Source: Deltaproteobacteria bacterium
GTDB lineage: Bacteria; Myxococcota_A; Polyangia; Fen-1088
Direction: 5' to 3'
Length of the DNA stretch: 64,000 bases
Assembly: GCA_034439895.1 (NCBI GenBank)
Contig: JAWXBF010000003.1
Span: 6,819-70,818 of the forward strand
This document shows, in pieces, positions 54,971-63,620 of this stretch. Within the stretch, counting starts at the first letter, position 1. Every line of letters begins with the position of its first letter. The notes under the pieces are model-generated. The model was not told where the DNA came from, searched no databases, and saw only the letters and a program-made list of their open reading frames with translations. Both the position numbers and the translations under genes were made by a program.

Positions 54971-56545
54971 TTGGGGACGGTGAGGCGTAGTTTAGGCGAA
55001 GGAGAACCCGAAGAGACCACACAGACCGATGGTCCGGTCCTGGAGCGTGGGCGTTTGCGTTCCGATCGGCCCCGGCTGGTGGTCATCGGGGGGATTGCAA
55101 AGGGCCGACAATTTGCCATTGCCGACGACGGTGCCACGATCGGGCGTTCCTCAGAAGCGACGGTAACGATCGAGGATCGTCGGCTGTCACGGGTGCACGC
55201 CCGCATCGTGACGACGCGGCCCGGCACCTGGATTCTCGAAGACCTCGATAGTAAAAACGGCACGATCGTCAACGGTGAAGCCGTCAAACGCAAGACGCTT
55301 TCCTATGGTGACGAGATTCGCATCGGCGACTCGGCCTTGATCTTCACGCACCATAATCCTGTCGAAGAACAGATCTTTCAGCGCGAGCGGATGGAACTTT
55401 TGGGTCGTCTGGGTGCGGGCGTTGCGCATGACTTCAACAATTTGCTCAGTGCTGCACGTGCAAGCATCGAGTTTCTTGATTCGCTTCCGCCAAACTCCCG
55501 GATCGACGAACCCGATATCCTTGAATGCCGTCGCGACGCGCTGAGCGCGCTCTCGCAAGCCACGACCCTGTCTGCGCGTTTGCTTGGGATGAGCCGGCAA
55601 CAGGCCTATGTTCTCGGTCGCGTGGATGTTGCGGATCTTTGTCGAGATGCGGTCGATCTGTTAAAGCGCACCGTCACGCGATCGATCGCGATCGATTTGC
55701 AGACAGAGCCGAATCTGTTCACGATGGGTGATCGGGGTCAGTTGCATCAAGTGATCATGAATCTGGGCGTCAATGCGCGTGACGCCATGCCGGCGGGGGG
55801 CAAGTTGACGGTTTCTTGTCGACGCGGTAGCGCGCTTGACTATCCGGTTTCCGGTCGCACCGACGGTGACGTTGTGATTCTCAGCGTTTCAGATACTGGC
55901 CAGGGTATGGACGAGGAGACCCGGGAAAATGCCTTTGATCCCTTCTTCTCGACGAAAACCGACCGCGGCGGTACGGGACTTGGCCTCGCCACCGTGCTTG
56001 AGATCGTAAAGTACCACGGCGGTTCGATTGACCTACAATCCGAGCTTGCCAAAGGAACAATGTTTCGCATCTTCCTACCGGCGCCACAAGATGTCGTCGC
56101 TACGGGTCGTGACACGTATGCCGAGTTGCCGTCCCTTGATCGGGCTCGCAGCATCAGCTCGGAATCCATGGTGCGGACGGCTCTTGTGGTGGACGACAAT
56201 CCCGTGATGCGCAGAAGCCTCGCTCGCCTCTTGAAGGCGCAGGGTTTTGAGGTGACGCTTGCCACCAACGGGCAGGAAGGTGTCGAGAGGTTCAGTGAAA
56301 GTCGTCCCGACTTCGTGCTACTCGATTTCGATCTGCCAATTCTGTCGGGTGCCAAGGTTTTTGAACGGCTGCGAACGCTCGATCCCGATATTCCAATCAT
56401 CCTCATGTCGGGTCACGCGACCGCGACGATCGAGCGCATGTCGCAGTGGTTCGGTGATCCGCCACTGTTTCTGCAAAAGCCTTATGGCGCACAGGATCTG
56501 CGCAATGCCATCAGCGAAGTTCTTACCCGAAAAGGTCGGGGATGA
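54971..56545 (+). CDS. FHA-domain / histidine kinase / receiver hybrid (FHA-HisKA-HATPase-REC)
   Basis: FHA (ATIGRSSEATVTIEDRRLSRVHARI...EDLDSKNGTIVNGE...YGDEIRIG); H-box GAGVAHDFNNLLSA; N box MNLGVNARDA; DTGQGM; GGTGLGLATVLEIVKYHGG; C-terminal REC (ALVVDDNPVM, VLLDFDLPILSG, IILMSGH). Confidence 0.85.
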   Translation: MGTVRRSLGEGEPEETTQTDGPVLERGRLRSDRPRLVVIGGIAKGRQFAIADDGATIGRSSEATVTIEDRRLSRVHARIVTTRPGTWILEDLDSKNGTIVNGEAVKRKTLSYGDEIRIGDSALIFTHHNPVEEQIFQRERMELLGRLGAGVAHDFNNLLSAARASIEFLDSLPPNSRIDEPDILECRRDALSALSQATTLSARLLGMSRQQAYVLGRVDVADLCRDAVDLLKRTVTRSIAIDLQTEPNLFTMGDRGQLHQVIMNLGVNARDAMPAGGKLTVSCRRGSALDYPVSGRTDGDVVILSVSDTGQGMDEETRENAFDPFFSTKTDRGGTGLGLATVLEIVKYHGGSIDLQSELAKGTMFRIFLPAPQDVVATGRDTYAELPSLDRARSISSESMVRTALVVDDNPVMRRSLARLLKAQGFEVTLATNGQEGVERFSESRPDFVLLDFDLPILSGAKVFERLRTLDPDIPIILMSGHATATIERMSQWFGDPPLFLQKPYGAQDLRNAISEVLTRKGRG

Positions 56546-58599
56546 CTGCACCCACTGGCAGCGGCGGAATGCAACCTGACGCCGGACCCGCAGGGCTTTT
56601 TGGCAGTCAGGTTGGGCCGTATCGAATCCGTTCGTTGCTAGGCGAAGGCGGCATGGGGGTTGTGTATCTCGCCGAGCACGAGCTGATCGGTCGAAAAGCG
56701 GCGATCAAGATGTTGGCGGCGGACGTGGCCGGCGATTCAGAGGCCGTGTCACGTTTCTTCCTGGAAGCGCGCACGGTCAATCAGATAAGGCACCCCAATA
56801 TCGTTGATGTGACGGATCTCGGACATCACGACACTCAGCCGTACATCGTGATGGAGTATCTCGAGGGCGAAACATTGGCCGATCGCCTGAAGCGGGCGGG
56901 GCCGATGGATTCAACCGTCGCATTGAAAGTCACGCGACAGGTGGCGTCTGCCCTTGGTGCGGTCCATGAGCATGGACTGGTTCATCGCGATCTCAAGCCC
57001 GCCAATATTTTCATATGCGCCCATCCGGATTACCCCGACTTCACGAAGGTTCTTGATTTCGGGATCGCGAAGCTTGTCTCGGTCCATGAAGACGTTGGCC
57101 ACAAGACCCGCGCCGGTGCGTTGTTGGGAACACCGCAATACATGTCACCCGAGCAATGTTTGGGTCAAAGGGATATTGATCCGCGCAGTGACATCTACTC
57201 GCTTGGTGTTGTTTTGTACGCCATGCTGACGGGACGGTTGCCGTTCGCCAATCGTCCGTTTGGCCAGTTGATTGTGGCGCATGTGATGGAGGTACCTGCG
57301 TCACCGCATCAAGTGAATTCGGGGGTTGCCCCCGTCTTGAGTGCACTCGTGATGAAAATGCTCGAAAAGCGACGCGAAGAACGGCCTGCGAACATGTTCG
57401 TCTTGCGTGATTCGATTGATTCCTTGCTGGGCATAGAACACGAAATTCCGGGCGTCCCTATCATGTCGCTCGGCAGCGATGGCACCGGTCCCATTGGTCT
57501 TGCGGCGGCCGCCTTTGCCGATGAAGGCCATACCGCCGAAATGCGGGCGCGGTTGCTGGCAGTCAATCTCGAAGCCACCGAGACCTCCGCAGGAAGTTTC
57601 CGAGACGAAGATTTCGATTCCGATACTTCTGGCTCGCCCGGTACACCTGAACCGACTTCGGCCGTAGTCGGTGGTGCCAGCCGTGCACTTCCCGATCACG
57701 CGACGCTTGTGGAACGGGTTGGTGACTTCATCGACGAACGTCTCGCCGTCGAAAAGATACCCTTGCCGGTGCTGTCGCGGGCATCGGCGCAATGCCTCGA
57801 ACTGATGCGCTTGCCGGGCTTTTCGTTTGCGGATCTTTCCGAGGCCATGATGCGTGAACCGAACCTCGCTCGCCGAATCGTTGCACAAGCGAATCGAGTG
57901 GTGGGTAGCGCATCCACTCAGCGCGTGGTCGGCATCGCGCAGGCGGTTCGTCGGATTGGCGCTGCCGGCCTGCAGCGGACTCTGGTCGAAATGGCAGCTC
58001 GTCCGGCGTTCTGTCCACCGAATTCTCGTTTTGCCCAGGCACTCAAGCGTCCCTGGCACCATGCAATTGCAACCGCGCTGCTGGCGGAACGCATAGGCTC
58101 AAATGCGCAACTGCCGCAGCTTCAACCCATCACGGAATCGCTCTACATCGCGGGCCTCTTGCACTCGATCGGGCGTTGCGTCCTGACGAATTTCCTCTTG
58201 ACCAGTGAACGCCGGATCGCCCGACGCTATGATCTACCCCGTTTACCCTGGGCAGCCTTGCTCGACGCTGCGGATGCCGCGTCGATTCGCGTTTCGGTTG
58301 CCGTCGCACGGGGTTGGAACTTGCCCGAGGACGTCGTGGGTATGTTGGCATCGTGTGGCCTGGTTGGAAGTCGAACCGACAATGGCGCCGCGGCTCCTGC
58401 GGCTGCGGTGGTACTCCGCCTCGCACACGGGATTGCACTTCGCGAAGGGTTCGTGCTTCGTGACGAGGACAAATCCGGTGTATCGAACGACATTCGCGCG
58501 AGCCGAATGCGTCTTGGCCTCGATGAATCCGTGATCGATCGAATGCTTTTCGATCTCCAGAATCACGTGGCTCGACTCGCACGCACGCGCGGCGAGTGA
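56542..58599 (+). CDS. Ser/Thr protein kinase (Hanks type) fused to a C-terminal HDOD domain
   Basis: Kinase motifs (GEGGMGVVYLAEH, AIKML, HRDLKPANIF, DFGIAK, TPQYMSPEQ). A long linker leads to an HDOD domain (IVAQANRVVGSAS...IAGLLHSIGRCVL). The start overlaps the stop of the previous gene (ATGA). Confidence 0.85.
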   Translation: MTAPTGSGGMQPDAGPAGLFGSQVGPYRIRSLLGEGGMGVVYLAEHELIGRKAAIKMLAADVAGDSEAVSRFFLEARTVNQIRHPNIVDVTDLGHHDTQPYIVMEYLEGETLADRLKRAGPMDSTVALKVTRQVASALGAVHEHGLVHRDLKPANIFICAHPDYPDFTKVLDFGIAKLVSVHEDVGHKTRAGALLGTPQYMSPEQCLGQRDIDPRSDIYSLGVVLYAMLTGRLPFANRPFGQLIVAHVMEVPASPHQVNSGVAPVLSALVMKMLEKRREERPANMFVLRDSIDSLLGIEHEIPGVPIMSLGSDGTGPIGLAAAAFADEGHTAEMRARLLAVNLEATETSAGSFRDEDFDSDTSGSPGTPEPTSAVVGGASRALPDHATLVERVGDFIDERLAVEKIPLPVLSRASAQCLELMRLPGFSFADLSEAMMREPNLARRIVAQANRVVGSASTQRVVGIAQAVRRIGAAGLQRTLVEMAARPAFCPPNSRFAQALKRPWHHAIATALLAERIGSNAQLPQLQPITESLYIAGLLHSIGRCVLTNFLLTSERRIARRYDLPRLPWAALLDAADAASIRVSVAVARGWNLPEDVVGMLASCGLVGSRTDNGAAAPAAAVVLRLAHGIALREGFVLRDEDKSGVSNDIRASRMRLGLDESVIDRMLFDLQNHVARLARTRGE

Positions 58600-58616
58600 G
58601 CTACCGGGGAATTGAC

Positions 58617-59117
58617 CTACTGAACGACGAACTCAGCGAAGTACAGATGGCTGATGGCCCCGCCACCAAGTGCCTTGTCAATGCGGGCAAGGATCGCTTC
58701 GCCAATCGTATTTTTGCCGCTCTCGCCGAGGGTATCGGCGACCGCCAAGCTTGACAGGTATCGCAATATGTCATCCCGGATGGCGACTTTTTTGGTTTCC
58801 AATTTGGCCTTTGCCCCGTCGTTTCGCAGCTCCAGATCAAACTTCGCCTTGAGATAGCGGGCGCGCCCCTGTTCGTTCAGGTTCACGACGAAGGGATCAA
58901 GGGTAACCATGGGCTTGATCTCGGATTCAGGCCCGGGCCCGTGGTCCTTGGGCAACGATTTCTCCACCTCGGTCACCTTGTGTGAAATCCCCATCGTCTG
59001 AACCACGATGAAAGCCGAAACTGCGATGTTTACGATGCCCAAAATCATCCCAAGTTTGGAGCCACCTGCTTTGGGGACGGCGTCTGATGGTGTTTCTGCT
59101 TTTTTTTCTTCGGACAT
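58617..59117 (-). CDS. fliL: flagellar basal-body-associated protein FliL
   Basis: A single N-terminal TM and a FliL core (TLDPFVVNLNEQGRARYLKAKFDLEL...ILRYLSS). Confidence 0.8.
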   Translation of the reverse strand: MSEEKKAETPSDAVPKAGGSKLGMILGIVNIAVSAFIVVQTMGISHKVTEVEKSLPKDHGPGPESEIKPMVTLDPFVVNLNEQGRARYLKAKFDLELRNDGAKAKLETKKVAIRDDILRYLSSLAVADTLGESGKNTIGEAILARIDKALGGGAISHLYFAEFVVQ

Positions 59118-59175
59118 GATAACCCGCTATGCAGATTGAATCGTCTGGAATTCCGCGAACTTGAGTGGAACCGTG

Positions 59176-60690
59176 CTATCCGGCTGCACTGATTGGCGCC
59201 ACAATCGGATCGGCCGCGCAAACGCGATTGCGGCCAGACTCCTTTGCCCGGTACATCGCGGCGTCGGCTGCGGCAATCAGGGCCGGAATCGAAACCGTTT
59301 GACCTGCGCCGACCGTGGCGCAACCGAAGGATGCCGTCAAGGGAATGGGCGTTCCGTCTTGCGTTTGAACGGTGAGCTGCGAAACCCGCTCTCGTACCCG
59401 TTCTGCGACGATGAGGGCGCCCGGCGTCGGCGTTTCGGGCAACACCACCACGAACTCTTCACCGCCCCAGCGGGCCGGGAGATCGCGCGGGCGGAAGTTC
59501 TTCAAGAGAAGTCCACCGATCGCTTTCAGGACCGCATCGCCGACGAGGTGTCCGTGTTTGTCGTTGACCTTTTTGAAGTGATCCACGTCCACCATGATGA
59601 TGCTCAGCGGCGTTTTGGTGATGCGCGCTTTGGTCAGCTCGTGTTCAATGAACGTCTCGAACCGATTGCGATTGGCCAACCCAGTCAAGAGATCAGTTAC
59701 CGACTTTCCCTCGGCTTTTTCAGCCCGATCGGTCAGCGAGAGCATCGTTTCGGTCATCTGGATTTCGGTCGAAACAGCAGATAGCAGGAGGGCCTCGCGG
59801 GCTTCTTCCAGGATCTCGTCGATGGTTTCTTGCGAGTCCATCGGTGCTTCGAGCAGCGTGAACAACTCGCCCATTGTGTCGTGTACCCTGGCGAGCAACT
59901 CGTCAAACTTTTCGTCCGTCAAGTTGAGAATCTTTGAGGCGAACGCCCGTGCGTGCCGTGTGGGCAACGCGCGATCAGGCGCCAGCCAGATGTCGGTGAC
60001 GTGGTTTGCGGTCGCGACGATGCGCGAGAGCGTCACCACGCTGGGCTCCGTCTTGTCGTCCGTGATCCCGAACTTGTGACTGTGGGCAATGATCATTGCG
60101 AACTGGGCAGGCAGTCTCCATTTTTCAGCGAGCCAGGCGCCCACTTCGGCGTGATCCGAGCCGAATAACTCCGTTTCCTGCGCGCTCAATTCGCCATGGT
60201 TGTGAATGGATTTCTCAAGGATCGCGCCGTACGTCGGCTCAATCGTTGCCAGGGTCAAGATGCCGATATCCTGCATCAATCCCGCCAAGAAGGCCTCTTC
60301 CAGATCGCGAACTCCGACCAGGGCAGCGAGGTGCCGCGAAACGAGCCCCGACAAAGCAGATCGTTTCCAGTACGCGCGAAACCAGGGCGTTTGAGCTGCC
60401 TTGACCGTCCGTGCAAGCGTAAATGACAGCGCCATGGCGCGCAAGGAGTTGAGCCCCAGCATCGCAACGGCGTGTGATACGGTTGTGACCTCGCGGCGAA
60501 CGCCTAGCATGGGCGAGTTGGCCATCTTGAGAACCTTGGCGGACAGGGCGGCGTCCGTCGTGATGGTGGACACCACGTCGCGAACGTTGGGTTCCGCTTT
60601 TTGGCATTGCTCGAGCACCTTCATGGTGACCGCGGGCAACGTGGGCATACTCTTGGCCTGGGTGAGTCTCGTTTGTAGTGCCGGATCCAT
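59176..60690 (-). CDS. HDOD-GGDEF protein (diguanylate cyclase with an N-terminal HDOD domain)
   Basis: HDOD (AKVLKMANSPMLGVRREVTTVSHAVAMLG...AGLMQDIG). GGDEF with an I-site (RPRD-LPARW-GGEEF) and the preceding DVDHFKKVND. Confidence 0.85.
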   Translation of the reverse strand: MDPALQTRLTQAKSMPTLPAVTMKVLEQCQKAEPNVRDVVSTITTDAALSAKVLKMANSPMLGVRREVTTVSHAVAMLGLNSLRAMALSFTLARTVKAAQTPWFRAYWKRSALSGLVSRHLAALVGVRDLEEAFLAGLMQDIGILTLATIEPTYGAILEKSIHNHGELSAQETELFGSDHAEVGAWLAEKWRLPAQFAMIIAHSHKFGITDDKTEPSVVTLSRIVATANHVTDIWLAPDRALPTRHARAFASKILNLTDEKFDELLARVHDTMGELFTLLEAPMDSQETIDEILEEAREALLLSAVSTEIQMTETMLSLTDRAEKAEGKSVTDLLTGLANRNRFETFIEHELTKARITKTPLSIIMVDVDHFKKVNDKHGHLVGDAVLKAIGGLLLKNFRPRDLPARWGGEEFVVVLPETPTPGALIVAERVRERVSQLTVQTQDGTPIPLTASFGCATVGAGQTVSIPALIAAADAAMYRAKESGRNRVCAADPIVAPISAAG

Positions 60691-60769
60691 GACGCTTCGA
60701 CGTCAGTCCATCGACAGCTCGATGTCAGTTCTTGAGCGCCCGGGAGTCCTTGACTCGTTGCATGCAACG

Positions 60770-62128
60770 TTACCCGTGATCGTGGTTTTTGCGGACATTT
60801 CCCGACGGCGGCGCCGGCGCAACGATCCCGTCATTCTTCATGCGCACGGGATCGGCCAGCGTGGCGACCGAACCTGGCGGATGCGGGTACCACCCGGCTT
60901 TGTCGGCGGCGTCTGCCCGCTCTCGCACCTTCAAGAGCGTGAACATGCCACCCATATCTATGTAGCTGAAGGGTCCCGCTCCACCCCGCATTGGCAAGCT
61001 GTTTGGTGGAATGTCCATTTCCATCTCGGCCATGTTGCCCATTCCGGTTGTGCCCATCGTCATGTACCGGGGCACCACACGGTCCATGCGAGCGTCGAGT
61101 TTCGCGGTGTTCGCCCCGAGCATCGGCGGCAACCCGTGTCCCATCTGTGTCATCACGTGATGGGTCATGTGGCAATGCATCGCCCAGTCGCCGAGTTCCT
61201 CGGGCACAAATTCGATCACGCGTGTGCTACCGGTGGGAATCAGAACGGTGGTGTCCGGATGTTGGGCCGATTCGGGAATGTATCCGCCGTCGGTCGCCGT
61301 CGTCTTGAACGACAACCCGTGCAAGTGCACCGGATGATGGTCCATCGGACTCAGGTTGCCGAATCGAATGCGAACCCGTTCGCCCCGTCCAACCACAAGC
61401 GGTGCGGTCCCCGGGAAAGACTTGCTGTTGAAGGTCAGGACGTTGAAGTCTTTCATTTCGCTCGGATTCGGACGGCGCGCCCCGACGTCGACGCGAAACT
61501 CGTGCGTCATGAGCACAAAGTCTCGATCAACCCGCGGTCCGCGCGGCCGGCGCGGATGAACGATGAGCATCCCCGTCATCCCCAGCGCGATCTGGGTCAT
61601 CTCATCGAAGTGCGGATGGTACATGTACGTTCCGGGGTGTCGCACCGTGAATTCGTACATGTAGGTTTCACCCGGTTCGATGGGCGACTGGGTCAGCCCC
61701 GCCACGCCATCCATGCCGTTGGGTAGTACGATTCCGTGCCAGTGTACCGACGTGGGTTCCGGCAAACGGTTGCTGACATAAAGGCGGAGTCTGTCGCCCT
61801 CGACCGCCTCGATCGTTGGGCCGGGCGTGCTGCCATTGTATCCCCAGCACAGAGCCCGAAGACCCGGTGCAAATTCGTGGTCGACTTCCTCGGCCACGAG
61901 GTGACCCACCTTGACGCCATTGACGACCCGCAGGGGTAGGGTAGCCCCATTGGGCGTCTGCACGGCGATCTGTCCGCCGGGCGCGACGATGGGCGCCTTC
62001 TCTGAAACGTGTGACGGTTCAAGCGGCGCCGCGGCCGCAATCGCCTTGGCCTCGGCTGGCGAAACCCGGGTGACGATGGCACCACACACGGCAGAGCCAC
62101 CCATGCCGAAAAAGTTGCGTCGATCCAT
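60770..62128 (-). CDS. TAT-exported multicopper oxidase (CopA/CueO-like)
   Basis: Twin-arginine signal RRNFFG; copper-site motifs HWHG, HPHF, HPVHLHG and HCHMTHH. The start is taken at MDRRNFF and overlaps the stop of the upstream efflux-factor gene. Confidence 0.85.
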   Translation of the reverse strand: MDRRNFFGMGGSAVCGAIVTRVSPAEAKAIAAAAPLEPSHVSEKAPIVAPGGQIAVQTPNGATLPLRVVNGVKVGHLVAEEVDHEFAPGLRALCWGYNGSTPGPTIEAVEGDRLRLYVSNRLPEPTSVHWHGIVLPNGMDGVAGLTQSPIEPGETYMYEFTVRHPGTYMYHPHFDEMTQIALGMTGMLIVHPRRPRGPRVDRDFVLMTHEFRVDVGARRPNPSEMKDFNVLTFNSKSFPGTAPLVVGRGERVRIRFGNLSPMDHHPVHLHGLSFKTTATDGGYIPESAQHPDTTVLIPTGSTRVIEFVPEELGDWAMHCHMTHHVMTQMGHGLPPMLGANTAKLDARMDRVVPRYMTMGTTGMGNMAEMEMDIPPNSLPMRGGAGPFSYIDMGGMFTLLKVRERADAADKAGWYPHPPGSVATLADPVRMKNDGIVAPAPPSGNVRKNHDHG

Positions 62129-62129
62129 C

Positions 62130-63620
62130 TCAGTGTCCTCCCCGGGATTCGCTTGCACTGTCGAGGGTCATCACGGATGTCCCTCCGCCGGGGTCAACGC
62201 GTTTGCCCGCCAAGATTGCCTCAAGTTCGGCGACTGCGCTCCAGTATTCTCGCAAGGTTTCGACCTCGGCGAGTTTGACCTCAAGGGCCTCCCGCCGGGC
62301 TTGCAGGATGTGGTAGATGCCAATCTGCATCGCGTTGTATTGCAAAAGGGTTTGCTCAGTCACGCGCTCCAGGGCCGGTACGATGATTTGCTGATAGTGG
62401 CGGGCACGCGCATGCGCCGATTCAACGCGGTTGCGCGCTTCGCGGGCGGCCGAACGCAGATCGATCGCCATGCCGTAGTACCGTTCCATCAGCGCATCAA
62501 ACTCGGCGTCGAGCGCCGCAGTTGTTCCCTGTCGTCGATTGAAAAGCGGAACTCCGACGCTGACACCCGCACCGAATGCCCAGTTGGGATCGCCCCTTCC
62601 GGTTGCATCGGCCTCGGGATTGCCCCTTAGCCCGTGGGCATCGATCGCGATGTCTGGAAGCCAGCCCTCGGTGCGAGCAACACCGGTTCGGCGCGCAAGG
62701 CTTTCGAGCCGATGTCGCGTCTCCGACAGCTCAAGGCTCGCGCGCAGCGCCCGTGTTTCAAGCTCGGCCGGTGTGTTTGATTTATCCGGGACGGCCCCAA
62801 GTTCTGTTGCTACGCGCCACTGCGCATCGGCACCGTGGGTTCCCAGCAACCGTTGCACGCGTTCGCGTTCGGTGGCGACTTCAAGCGCAAGCTGCGCCAC
62901 GATGATTCGGCCGCGCTCAAACGCGGCTTCTTGATTGGCAAGGTCGAGCGCAGGGATGTTGCCCGCGGATGCCATGGCGCGCGCCGCATCCCGAGCCGCG
63001 GCAGAGCCATCCAGTACTTGCTGCGCGATGCGGAGGCGCTGTTGAGCGGATTGCAACCGGTAAAAGCCGACGCGAACGCGATACCCAACGTCGATTACAG
63101 CCGCTGCGGCGCGAAGCCGTGCGGCTTCGACCTCGGGGCGTGCGGCATTTGAACGTCGCGGGGCAAGCAAGAAAGACGTGAGATCCAATTCCACCCGTAC
63201 CTCCATCGCGGTGTTGCGTTCGGGCAGCAGCTCAACCTCGGCAACTGGGTTCGGAAGCAAACCCGCCTGAAGCAAGTGCCCGCGTGCGATGCCAACGTCG
63301 CGTAGGGTCGCACGCAGTTCACGGTTGTTGAGCAATGCCACCCGGACGGCGCCATTGGCATCAAGCGCCTGTTGCGACACGGCATGGGCGCCCGGGACCG
63401 ACGCGGAATCGGCTTCGTTCAGGCCGTCCCAACCTTCGGTCGACTCGCCCGGCAAGGGCGGTTCTTCCGTCAACGAACGCGTCGTCCGGACCGCGGCACC
63501 TTCCGGGGAGTCAGGCGAAGCGGCCGAGTTGTCTGGAAAGTGATCGGGGACGCTCCGCGTGGCACAGCCGGATACCAGCACGACTGCAAACAAAAATTTG
63601 AAGTTCAAACGCAAATTCAT
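62130..63620 (-). CDS. outer-membrane efflux factor (TolC/CusC/CzcC family) lipoprotein
   Basis: Lipobox LVSGCA; OMF N-terminal repeat motif (VRVALLNNRELRA...ARGHLLQAGLLPNP) and a second repeat. Size ~500 aa. Confidence 0.8.
   Translation of the reverse strand: MNLRLNFKFLFAVVLVSGCATRSVPDHFPDNSAASPDSPEGAAVRTTRSLTEEPPLPGESTEGWDGLNEADSASVPGAHAVSQQALDANGAVRVALLNNRELRATLRDVGIARGHLLQAGLLPNPVAEVELLPERNTAMEVRVELDLTSFLLAPRRSNAARPEVEAARLRAAAAVIDVGYRVRVGFYRLQSAQQRLRIAQQVLDGSAAARDAARAMASAGNIPALDLANQEAAFERGRIIVAQLALEVATERERVQRLLGTHGADAQWRVATELGAVPDKSNTPAELETRALRASLELSETRHRLESLARRTGVARTEGWLPDIAIDAHGLRGNPEADATGRGDPNWAFGAGVSVGVPLFNRRQGTTAALDAEFDALMERYYGMAIDLRSAAREARNRVESAHARARHYQQIIVPALERVTEQTLLQYNAMQIGIYHILQARREALEVKLAEVETLREYWSAVAELEAILAGKRVDPGGGTSVMTLDSASESRGGH

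Noticed and set aside
57301-58062. 253-aa antisense ORF inside the STK-HDOD gene
   Set aside because: It is a frame artefact; the sense frame has complete Hanks kinase subdomains.
60401-61726. 441-aa plus-strand ORF antisense to the multicopper oxidase
   Set aside because: It has no motifs. The opposite frame has a TAT signal and all four copper-binding His clusters.
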